From assembly GCA_019058365.1 (NCBI GenBank), contig JAHPZE010000021.1, positions 12,100-76,099 of the forward strand: 64,000 bases of DNA. The letters run 5' to 3'. Below the pieces are notes generated by a model, which saw only the letters and a program-made list of their open reading frames with translations, made no database searches and was not told the DNA's origin. Positions within the stretch are counted from its first letter, which is position 1; each line of letters begins with the position of its first letter. This document shows positions 38,043-47,555 of the stretch, piece after piece. This DNA is from Promethearchaeota archaeon (GTDB lineage: Archaea; Asgardarchaeota; Lokiarchaeia; Sigyniarchaeales; SOKP01). Both the position numbers and the translations under genes were made by a program.

Positions 38043-39155
38043 TTAATATAACCCTTTTAATTTTTTATATATACTATAAAGTTTCTTAGCATGTGAATCC
38101 CAATTAAAATTGTTAAGTATAAATTTTCTATTAATTTTTCCTCCAATTTTAATTTCCTCTGGATTGTTAAGATAATAAATAATGGCATTATGTAATTGAG
38201 ATTTATTATTTTTTTCAATTAATATACTCCCAATATCCAATGCTAATTCTGGCATACCCCCAACTTTGGTTAAAATTACTGGTAACTCCATACTCATTGC
38301 TTCCAATACAGAAATAGGCAATCCCTCCGTTAGAGAAGGTAATATAAAAAGATCAGCTTTAAGTAAATAATCAAAAAGCATTTCATGATTAACCCATCCT
38401 TTTAAACTAATAAAATCCATTAATTCTAATTTTTTAATTAATTTAATAATTTGATTTTTTAGAGGACCTATACCAATTAAAGTTAGATGAAAATTAATAT
38501 TATTATCTTTCAATTCTTTACATGTTTCAACAATTAATTTGTGGCATTTTTCATAAGAAAATCTACCTATATTTAAAATATATAATTTATTATCCTTTGA
38601 GAAAAAATTTTTCCCTTTAGGATTAAATTTTTCAAAATCAACACCATCATATAATGTTACTACCTTATCTTTAGGAAATCTAAACCTTAAACAATCATCT
38701 CTCATTGCTTTACTTACTGTTAGAATTAAATTATTTAATTTACTTGCGATTATTAAATAAATTTTACTCTTTAAATTATTATATGGAAGAAAATTTATGT
38801 CAGTTCCTCGACCATGAAGAATTGATGGTATTCTAAAGATTTTACCAAATAAACCCATAAATATTGATGGGAAAACATAGACAGAATGCAGTATTGTAGG
38901 TTTAAATTTTGTAAAAATCTTAATCATGTTTTTAAAAAAGGCAAAACTTAATATTCTACTTTTCTTCTCAACCCAAATAACATTTTTATCATACCTAGTT
39001 ATTCTATTATGTTTGCAGGCAAAATTATAAACTAAAAATTCTACACTTGGAAAATTTTTAATTATAGATTTTATTTCTTCTGTATAATATGTTTCACTTT
39101 CTTTATATTTAAAAAAAGAGGCAAAGAATAAAACTCTCATTCGAAATTCAACCAT
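38043..39155 (-). CDS. Glycosyltransferase family 4
   Basis: HGRGTDI, IGRFSYEK, LPSLTEGLPISVLEAMS. Confidence 0.92.
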   Translation of the reverse strand: MVEFRMRVLFFASFFKYKESETYYTEEIKSIIKNFPSVEFLVYNFACKHNRITRYDKNVIWVEKKSRILSFAFFKNMIKIFTKFKPTILHSVYVFPSIFMGLFGKIFRIPSILHGRGTDINFLPYNNLKSKIYLIIASKLNNLILTVSKAMRDDCLRFRFPKDKVVTLYDGVDFEKFNPKGKNFFSKDNKLYILNIGRFSYEKCHKLIVETCKELKDNNINFHLTLIGIGPLKNQIIKLIKKLELMDFISLKGWVNHEMLFDYLLKADLFILPSLTEGLPISVLEAMSMELPVILTKVGGMPELALDIGSILIEKNNKSQLHNAIIYYLNNPEEIKIGGKINRKFILNNFNWDSHAKKLYSIYKKLKGLY

Positions 39156-39571
39156 TTAATCCCTTATCTATAAATTAAACATTTTTTTATTAGTTATAGC
39201 TAAAATGTAATTATTAATTAATTTATAATATTTTTACCATCATAATTAGTAAAGAAATTTAATTTTATCCCTTTTTTTTTAATTAATATTTTATACTCAT
39301 TATACAAAGAAAAAAGGCTTTCGAATATTAAAACATCAAGATATTTTGAAAATTGATTATAAATTACATCATACCACTCCCTTTCTAAAAAATTCTGCAG
39401 GGGTCTAAGAAAATAACATCTCTCTATACCAACATTCTTTTTTTTGTTCTAATTTTTAATTTTCCTAAAATAATTGAAATAGAAGGCGTTTTAAGTAGTA
39501 AGAGAAAAATTATTTTAATAATATCTTCTCAGCAAATAAAAGTATATAATCTGATTTGTTTATTATCTGCT

Positions 39572-40300
39572 TTAACGGTTTATTCCTAACAGTTTCTCTG
39601 TCTCTCTTAGATGTTCTTCTGAATTTATATTTGTGTATACGTCACATATATCAAATATTTTCACTAAATAGCCATCATCAACAGCACATTGGATCAAATC
39701 TGGAAGTTCTCTTTCCCCTCTTTCAGGGTGTATTGGCGTTCTTTCGATATAAGCTAATAATTTATTTTTAAATATACAATGTCCTGTTCCCTGCCAATTG
39801 TTTAGGGCTCTTTTAGGCTTTTCTATCAATCTGAAAACTCTATTATTTTCATCATTTAGTACGGTGTATGTTCTACTTATCTTCTCTTTGTCTTCTTGGG
39901 ATGTAACACCACACATTGCAAAAACATCTCCGTGGTTAAACTCCTCTAACATTTCTTGATGTCTACTGTTTACCAACACCTCGTCTCCTAACAACAAAAA
40001 GAAATCATCATTATTAAGAGCATTCTTAGAGCATTCAATAGCATGTACTAATCCTTTTTGTTCCCATTGAATTATATATCTTATCCTAATTCCTTTGTAG
40101 CTTGTTCCATATCTATTTATAATGTCTTCTGCTCTGTATCCAACAACAAGAATAATTTCATTTAAATCGAGTTCAGCGGCTCTATCAAGGTTATACTCTA
40201 AAACAGGTTTTCCTCCTAATTCAAGCATACATTTATTTAAAGATTCTGTTATAGAACCTAACCTTTCTCCTCTTCCTGCTGCTAATATCAAGGCTTTCAA
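39572..40300 (-). CDS. Sugar-1-phosphate nucleotidyltransferase
   Basis: ALILAAGRGERL...NKCML, LLGDE, IEKP, RGERELPD. Confidence 0.9.
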   Translation of the reverse strand: MKALILAAGRGERLGSITESLNKCMLELGGKPVLEYNLDRAAELDLNEIILVVGYRAEDIINRYGTSYKGIRIRYIIQWEQKGLVHAIECSKNALNNDDFFLLLGDEVLVNSRHQEMLEEFNHGDVFAMCGVTSQEDKEKISRTYTVLNDENNRVFRLIEKPKRALNNWQGTGHCIFKNKLLAYIERTPIHPERGERELPDLIQCAVDDGYLVKIFDICDVYTNINSEEHLRETEKLLGINR

Positions 40301-40302
40301 AA

Positions 40303-41346
40303 TTATCCGCCGAATATCTCTATATTATATTTCACCCAATTTATTAACTTAGTAACCCCAGTTTGATTAGAAACTTTAGGTTCCCATCCCAACTCGTTTT
40401 TTGCTTTTAATATGTCACAAACAAAATACCATAAATCTCCTAATCTTTGAGGTCCGTATGAAATGTTCTGTTCGATATCTGTTATTTCACTAATTATTTT
40501 TAAGCACTCTCCTAACGATATGATTGTTTTCACTCCTCCACCAATATTATAAATCCCTGGTTTTTTATTTTTATAGAAAGCATCAAATGCTTCAACAGCG
40601 TCAGAAACATAAAGAATATCTCTAACTTGTTTATCAGTACCAAAAATTTTTATAGGTAATCTAAGTAAGGTTCTTATTACAAAATTAGCTACCCACCCAT
40701 GATCTTCTCCTCCAAATTGGTTCGGTCCATACATCCCAGTTAAACGAAATGTTGCAGCTTCCAACCCATAAGTATCAATATAGGTTTGAACATAAATTTC
40801 AGCAGATCTTTTCGAAGCATGAAGTGGTGTCAAGTTTCCTTCCATAATAGGATAATTTTCATCAATTGATTGTGGTTCTCTTAAAAACCTAGTTTCTCCT
40901 TCTTTTATTGTCCTATTTATTTTGTTACCATATATATGGATACTGGAGCAATTAACTATAGGGATACTATAATTTCTAGCAGCTTCTAATACATTTAAAG
41001 TACCAAGGACATTAGTGGTAAAATCTAATTCAATATCTTCAATACTGATTGTCATTGCTGGTTGTGCAGCGGTGTGAATTATATAATCACAATCTTTACT
41101 TAATTCAAACAGTTCTTGCTTATTCCTTATATCACCCTTAATTAAAGAAACACCCAATTCTTTTAAAAGGTTCCAATTATAATATCGCGCACCTTCTACG
41201 GCATATCCAGTCCTCCTCAATTCATATTTTGTCAAACTATCTATGGAAACAACCTCAGCTCCTTTCTTAATATAATACTCACATACATGAGATCCTAAAA
41301 ATCCACATCCTCCAGTTACTAGCACTTTCATATTATTTTCCTTCAT
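40303..41346 (-). CDS. CDP-tyvelose/paratose 2-epimerase-like SDR (RfbE-like) with atypical active site
   Basis: GGCGFLG, HTAAQPAMTIS, MYGPNQFGGEDHGWVANF, KQVRDIL; the YxxxK motif reads LHASK. Confidence 0.8.
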   Translation of the reverse strand: MKENNMKVLVTGGCGFLGSHVCEYYIKKGAEVVSIDSLTKYELRRTGYAVEGARYYNWNLLKELGVSLIKGDIRNKQELFELSKDCDYIIHTAAQPAMTISIEDIELDFTTNVLGTLNVLEAARNYSIPIVNCSSIHIYGNKINRTIKEGETRFLREPQSIDENYPIMEGNLTPLHASKRSAEIYVQTYIDTYGLEAATFRLTGMYGPNQFGGEDHGWVANFVIRTLLRLPIKIFGTDKQVRDILYVSDAVEAFDAFYKNKKPGIYNIGGGVKTIISLGECLKIISEITDIEQNISYGPQRLGDLWYFVCDILKAKNELGWEPKVSNQTGVTKLINWVKYNIEIFGG

Positions 41347-42451
41347 TCATTGCTTTATAAAAAAATTTAATCATACTTTCACAGAATTTCTCCCAACTTA
41401 AATTATTTTTTACCCATGTTTGTCCTCTTTTTGCCATTTTATAATATTTATTGGGGTATTTAAAAATATCATAGATGGCTTCATCATAGTTTTTTGTAAC
41501 AATCCCAATACTTTCCCCCTCTATAATGCTGGATGCGGTCATTTCTTTAGAAACAATTACAGGTTTATTTGCACATAATGCCTCAAAAACAGATAACCAT
41601 CCTCCTTGGGACTTAATTGGATGTAATAAAACATGACAAGTATGGTAAAGGTCTCTTACATGAATCTGATCTAAATGCCCTGTAAAAAGTACAATATTAT
41701 CCAAATTTCTTTTTTTTATATATTTCTCTAAGATCGATTTATAGATAGGTTCTTCAAATCCAGTTAAAATTAATTTTATATTGGGAATCTTATTTTTTAG
41801 CTTCTCTATTGCTTTTATGCTTTCAATCTGATTTTTAAATGGTGTTATCATGCCAACATGTAATACGATAAAATTTTTAAATAGATCATACTTTTCTAAA
41901 GCTTTTTTTCTATCTCCATTTGAAAAAAAGTCGTAATCTATTCCATAATAAATAATTTCGGGCTTGGAATGATATATTCTCTCAAATCTTTTTGCATTAA
42001 ATTCGTCAGCCACAACAGTATATTTTATAAAGTATTTAGACACAAATTTCTCCAAAAATAATAATGACTTATTTTTTAAATATGAAAGTATTGATTTTCT
42101 AAGTTTCTGAATTAAATATAATACAGGTTCATTGCACATCCAAACTACAGGTCTACAATAAGGAAAAACTGAAAGCTCCGCTGGATAATTATGTGGATTT
42201 AATACATGAAAATCTTTAATATTGTCGCGAACTCCTTTATGTAAAGCAATAAATTCTCCAAAAAGATTCTTAGAACTTGTTCGAATAATTATTTCCGTAT
42301 TATCTAAATCTTTTGCCATCTCAGGTAACATGGATGTTGTTAATATAGCATTTTCAATTCCTTTTTTTGTCATATAATTTGCGAGTCTTACTATTAATAA
42401 CTCAGCTCCGCCATATACATATACCCCATGATGAATAATTAAAACCCTCAT
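41333..42451 (-). CDS. Glycosyltransferase family 4
   Basis: YGGAELLI, VGMITPFKNQ, GGWLSVFEALCANKPV; overlaps the downstream gene by 14 nt. Confidence 0.88.
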   Translation of the reverse strand: MRVLIIHHGVYVYGGAELLIVRLANYMTKKGIENAILTTSMLPEMAKDLDNTEIIIRTSSKNLFGEFIALHKGVRDNIKDFHVLNPHNYPAELSVFPYCRPVVWMCNEPVLYLIQKLRKSILSYLKNKSLLFLEKFVSKYFIKYTVVADEFNAKRFERIYHSKPEIIYYGIDYDFFSNGDRKKALEKYDLFKNFIVLHVGMITPFKNQIESIKAIEKLKNKIPNIKLILTGFEEPIYKSILEKYIKKRNLDNIVLFTGHLDQIHVRDLYHTCHVLLHPIKSQGGWLSVFEALCANKPVIVSKEMTASSIIEGESIGIVTKNYDEAIYDIFKYPNKYYKMAKRGQTWVKNNLSWEKFCESMIKFFYKAMNEGK

Positions 42452-42483
42452 AGTTCATCTTATCTTTCTTAAGAGATTATTTA

Positions 42484-42579
42484 TTACAAAATATTATCAA
42501 TATCTTCACGATTACGATCAAATTTGGCAACAAGTAAACCGATAAATCCAGCTCCTCCTGTTATTAAAACTTTTGTCAT
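42484..42579 (-). pseudogene. 31-codon remnant of an NAD-dependent epimerase
   Basis: MTKVLITGGAGFIGLLVAKFDRNREDIDNIL*: intact Rossmann GGAGFIG and a TGTGA ribosome-binding-like motif, then abrupt truncation. Confidence 0.8.
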
Positions 42580-42777
42580 CAAAATCACAATTCAATAATT
42601 TAAATTAATATAAGATCGATACTAACATAAATAAATTTTTTTAATCTCTTTTTAATACTTGAATTTCCCTATTATAGTTGAATTTAGTTAAGAAAAATCA
42701 AACATTTTTTATATCAATTCTTAAAGAAACAAATACTTTTAGCCATTTATTAAATATCCTCTACTAACTTTAGATTA

Positions 42778-44019
42778 TCAAGAATTAGAATCATTCATTG
42801 AATTAGTTAATTTTCGATATTTTAATTCTAAATTTTTTAAGGTTTCTTTCCAATTATAGTCTTTCTTTAGCAAATTTTCAATATTATGTTTGAATTGTTC
42901 AATTTTATTGGGATTATTCTTTAATTTAATAATTTTACTTATCATTTTCATTATAAAATTTTTATTTCTTTCGTCTATTATATATCCATGAATCTTGTTT
43001 CTAAACTCTAAACCTAAAATCGCCTTTTTTGTAGTTATCATAGGAATCCTGGCTGATAAATAATCAATCATTTTGATTCTTACGCCAGAACCTTTAAAGA
43101 TTGGAACTAGTGCAATATCAGCAGAATATAAAAATTCATTTAAATTTTCAATAAAACCTAAAAATCGCAAATTATGTCTCTCTTCAAATTGGGGTAATCT
43201 TCCAGCAATTAAAAATAAGATCTCATCATCTTTAATCTTAGGAACAATAATATCTTTTATAAAGTGAATTGCTTCTCTATTGGGAATATTATTATAATAT
43301 GAACCATGGAAAATAACTATAAATTTATCTCTACTGATATTTAAATTATTTCTAGCTTTCTTTTTATCTAATCTATTTTTAAAAATCTGTATTTTATAAC
43401 CCATTTTATTGATTAAGATTTTATTTTCTGGGATGTTATAAATTTCAATAAATTTTTCTTTATCATCCCTACTTATTGCATTGATATTTTCTACATTTTT
43501 CACAACTCTTTTCTCAAGAAAATAAATATATTTTATATAAAAATTTCTTAAAAATTTTGGAATTTTATGATATTGAGTAGCCACTTCTTGGCAAAAAATC
43601 GATTCAACATTGTAGGCATTATATGATATTGGAATTTTTGTAATTAATTTCAGTATATTTACTCCAAAAGGGTAATCAAAATGAATTAAATCTATTTTAT
43701 ATTTTTTTAAAATTTTTATTACTTTTGTAATAAAGAATGGATTAAAATCTAAAAAATTGCTAAGATTATTTCCAAAAACGCTAAGTATTCTATAATAATG
43801 ACAGATTATTTTTTTTTTTAACTCAATATTTTCTTTTTTCTTATCTTTGAGCGGTTGTAATACAATTACGTTAAAATCGCTGAGGTCATAGAAGTAAATT
43901 AAATTTTTATACATTCTATAAAATGAAGGAGTATTGTCAACAAAATAATTATCAAAATTTGATATAAACAAGATATTTATTTTCTTTCTATTTTTACTAT
44001 TATCCAAATTCTTATTCAT
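42778..44019 (-). CDS. Glycosyltransferase family 4
   Basis: FHGSY...PNREA, PIFKGSGVRIKMIDYL. Confidence 0.88.
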   Translation of the reverse strand: MNKNLDNSKNRKKINILFISNFDNYFVDNTPSFYRMYKNLIYFYDLSDFNVIVLQPLKDKKKENIELKKKIICHYYRILSVFGNNLSNFLDFNPFFITKVIKILKKYKIDLIHFDYPFGVNILKLITKIPISYNAYNVESIFCQEVATQYHKIPKFLRNFYIKYIYFLEKRVVKNVENINAISRDDKEKFIEIYNIPENKILINKMGYKIQIFKNRLDKKKARNNLNISRDKFIVIFHGSYYNNIPNREAIHFIKDIIVPKIKDDEILFLIAGRLPQFEERHNLRFLGFIENLNEFLYSADIALVPIFKGSGVRIKMIDYLSARIPMITTKKAILGLEFRNKIHGYIIDERNKNFIMKMISKIIKLKNNPNKIEQFKHNIENLLKKDYNWKETLKNLELKYRKLTNSMNDSNS

Positions 44020-44112
44020 AGAAAATCAATAACATTTTTTTGTAGAATTGATATATAGAAAATTAAAATAATGCAAATTCAATTTTACTTATCAACAACA
44101 TTAAGAATATAT

Positions 44113-45297
44113 TTATTTTTGAGATATTTTATTGAAAATATTTTCAAGAATTTTGAAACTTTTCTCGAAAGAAAAATTTTCTTTTACATGGATTCTTGCA
44201 TTTTTAGAAAAATATTCATGAAGTTTTTTATCATAAATGAGTTTTAGAGCATTTTTAGCAAAAGAATTAATATCATCTTTCTTAATAATAAATCCAGTTT
44301 TATTATCAATAATAGTCTCTGAAGGACCTCCTTCAAATGCTATTACAGGAGTTCCATTTTTCATAGATTCTAAGGGAATTAATCCATATGCTTCATCTTT
44401 AGCAGTATAGAGCGTGAGAGTAGCTTGTTTATAACAGAAATCTAACAGATCTTGTTTAATAAAACCTGAAAAAATAATTTTATTGTGTTCAATTTGGAAT
44501 TTCTTAATCAATTTTTCAATTTTGATTTTATTGACTTTTCTTATACTCCCTCCAATTACTAGAATTGCATTGGGAACATTCTTTAAAATTTTATTAAAAA
44601 TAATAATTAATTCTTCAGCTCCCTTCATGTAATGAGTAAGTCCTAAATTTAAAAGAAGTGCATTATCTTTTTTAAGAAAATCCAATTTTTCTAAAAATTT
44701 TGAATTATTCGAATTCAATAAATTATTATCGATTCTTGTACCAATATAATGTAAATAACTATCTCTATTGTATATTCTCTTTATTTTATTCATAGTAAAT
44801 TTACTTATACTGATAATCTCATCTGCATCTTGACTTCCTTTAATATCATATTTTTTAAATAATATTCTGAGAAAAAAACTCATTATTTCGTAATAAAAAG
44901 ATGAACTAGAATAATAATTTTTATCATGTAGAAATCTGAATGGCTCAAAACAGTAATAAATATGTTTTTTATTTGGATGATTCTTTAATTCACTGCAAAA
45001 ATAATTTGCTGGAAATTGTAATGAAATCAATAGATCGTAATCAATTTTTCTTAATATTTTTAAATAGTTCTCTTTTATTTTTTTAAATTTCACCCAAAAT
45101 AAAGGATTTTTTGGCAAAAGGTCTCCTAATTCAATAATAATAATTTTTTTATCAAGAAAATAATTATTTTTATCGATTTTTTGAGCAATTATAGTAACTA
45201 AATGACCTACTTCTGAGAATTTGTTAGCATAATCCATTAAAAACTTTCCAGCACCATTAAATACAGATAAATGAGTTGTAACGAATGTAAGATTCAT
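44113..45297 (-). CDS. Glycosyltransferase family 4
   Basis: NGAGK, EAYGLIPLESMKNGTPVIA, GGPSETI. Confidence 0.9.
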   Translation of the reverse strand: MNLTFVTTHLSVFNGAGKFLMDYANKFSEVGHLVTIIAQKIDKNNYFLDKKIIIIELGDLLPKNPLFWVKFKKIKENYLKILRKIDYDLLISLQFPANYFCSELKNHPNKKHIYYCFEPFRFLHDKNYYSSSSFYYEIMSFFLRILFKKYDIKGSQDADEIISISKFTMNKIKRIYNRDSYLHYIGTRIDNNLLNSNNSKFLEKLDFLKKDNALLLNLGLTHYMKGAEELIIIFNKILKNVPNAILVIGGSIRKVNKIKIEKLIKKFQIEHNKIIFSGFIKQDLLDFCYKQATLTLYTAKDEAYGLIPLESMKNGTPVIAFEGGPSETIIDNKTGFIIKKDDINSFAKNALKLIYDKKLHEYFSKNARIHVKENFSFEKSFKILENIFNKISQK

Positions 45298-45763
45298 TTA
45301 TTCTCATCAATTCATATTATTTATAATTTTTAACAGTCACTTAGAATAATTTCTATTAAATAGTAAAGTAACTCTCTGGTAAAAAAATTTTCTTTTTAGG
45401 AAAGTCACCAATTTAAAGGATTTATATCTTATTTGACATCAAAAGCTTAGGATATCCGTAGTACCTTACTCTATAAAAATTCACGAGAGAAATAAATTAA
45501 TATATGTAATATTAAACTATTTAATACTATTATTTTAATCTGATTTGAGTATATTTTCATTTAATATTTTGAAAATCTTAGATTAATTGAAGATTTACTT
45601 ATTTATTGAAAAAAAACTAATTTTTTTTAATTATAACAATTTTTAAATAATCTAATAATTTTTAATAATCGTTAAAGCAAATTATGATTCTCCTACTCAA
45701 TATAAGGCTTTTTAAGTAATAATTTAAACAAATATTTATTTAAAAATGATTTTTTTTTATAAT

Positions 45764-46786
45764 TTAATGGTGGTAAAAATAAAACAGCATTTTAGCAAAA
45801 TAATTTAAAATTTTGAATTTTAAAGAATTTAAATTAGTTTCATTAAATATTCCATCCATTTCATAATACCTATCGAATAAATCATTTTCATTTTTTTTAT
45901 TTTTAATAATTTTGAAATAGTTTTGGAAAAAAAATTTATAAATCTTATACCTTTCTCTAAAAAAATCTTTACTTATTGAAAAAATAATATGAATAGGCTC
46001 AAATAATAAATGCGATAATAACATTTTTTTTTTTTTTTTAGAATGCTCCAGACATAATAATATCCTATTACGTTCATGATAATAATATTTAAATTTATTT
46101 AACTTATATTCCTCATCTGACCTTAAATGGTAAAGATGAATTGAATTATCTACATATTGTTTTATTCCAAATTTCATGGCTCTTATAGAAAAATCAATAT
46201 CTTCTTTATACATAAAATATGATTCATCAAATCCATTAAGTTTTTCGTAGTATTTCTTCTTTATAATAAAACAACACCCTGAACTTATCATAGTTCTTCG
46301 AATTTTGTTAGTTTTTGAAATGTCAATATTTCCAAAGCCAAGAAAATTAATTTTTCTTCTTGAATATTCAATAATTCCATTATAATTACAGATTCTTGGA
46401 CCGACAATAATTTTATCTGTATTATTTTTTTTTTTAAGAAAAAAAAATGAATTTATCATTTTCTTTAGAAAATTTGGAGTTGTTTCGACATCAGGATTTG
46501 ATATTAGGATAAATTCAGACTTTGTTTTATTAACTCCTATGTTATTACCCTTTGCATACCCTGGATCTCCAAAATATTCGAATATTTTTATTTTTTCTCT
46601 TTTAATGTTATTACTTTTAAGTAATGTGGAAATGTCATTAAATTCTTTTTTACCCCAAAGAATCAAAATTATTTCATAGTTTTCATAATCTTGATTTGTG
46701 TATGACTTCATGCATCTAATGAATTTTTCTTCAGGATAATAATATTCTACAATTATGATAGATATAAAAGGTTCTTTTTCAGTCAA
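45764..46786 (-). CDS. Glycosyltransferase family 2 (rhamnosyltransferase-like)
   Basis: GYAKGNNIG, SNPD, SGCCF, GFDESYFMYKEDIDFS. Confidence 0.9.
   Translation of the reverse strand: MTEKEPFISIIIVEYYYPEEKFIRCMKSYTNQDYENYEIILILWGKKEFNDISTLLKSNNIKREKIKIFEYFGDPGYAKGNNIGVNKTKSEFILISNPDVETTPNFLKKMINSFFFLKKKNNTDKIIVGPRICNYNGIIEYSRRKINFLGFGNIDISKTNKIRRTMISSGCCFIIKKKYYEKLNGFDESYFMYKEDIDFSIRAMKFGIKQYVDNSIHLYHLRSDEEYKLNKFKYYYHERNRILLCLEHSKKKKKMLLSHLLFEPIHIIFSISKDFFRERYKIYKFFFQNYFKIIKNKKNENDLFDRYYEMDGIFNETNLNSLKFKILNYFAKMLFYFYHH
46024..46039. repeat. T16 homopolymer (A16 on the coding strand) inside a GT2 gene
   Basis: 16 consecutive T; lies in the SKKKKKM segment. Confidence 0.85.
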
Positions 46787-47555
46787 TTTAATTTTTCAAT
46801 GATAATATTTTACTTAGATATTAATTTTAATTCTAAAATAGTAAAAAAATCTTTTAAATCTCTAAATATTTTCAATATTTCTCTTTCTTATGTATTTAAT
46901 ATATATACTTACTATTAATTCCCTTTTAAATCTTAATTTAAAGCATTTATTTCATTATCCTTTCTAGATTATACAGATGACTTTAATATTTTTGCAATGC
47001 AATGTAGCAAATAATTTTACAAATTGATAATAAAATTAAATATCAAATAATTAAATTAATTTTATTTCTCTTTCCATATAAAAACTATTATTTATATTTA
47101 TTTAAAGCTAAAATTGAGGCTGTTAAATCGTAATCACTATTTAATTTTTAAAGTCTATTATTTTATTTTTAATTTTAATAGAATGACAATAATTAAAAAA
47201 ATTGTACTCTAATAATTTTCTGAGAATTATTTAACATCTCTAACTCTTACTTTAGTAACTATAACCCCAGCACTTCAGTGGTCATATACTTTTAGAGAAA
47301 ACTCAGTAAATATAAATAAATATTTTCTTTTTATATTTTAGAGTCCTATTTTCAAATATTTTTAAATAATATTTTATGAATTTCAAAAACTAAAAGAAAC
47401 TTAACTTCTCTTAATATAAATTTAATAAATAAGATAGAAGAAAATACAAAAAAAAAATTTAAACAATTATGAAAAAATTATTAAAAACCATTAATTTTTA
47501 ACTTCAATTTAGTAAGTTAACAATTTTTTAATATAATAAGATAAAACTGTTAAAG

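Noticed and set aside
39300-39450. Possible coding relic (TTPFLKN..., faintly sulfatase-like) in the intergenic gap
   Set aside because: Similarity is weak and could be chance.
47210-47310. Possible GT4 relic on the minus strand (FSLKVYDH*SAGVIVTKV) and an imperfect palindrome in a 770-bp AT-rich gap
   Set aside because: Too short and degenerate to support without a tBLASTn search.
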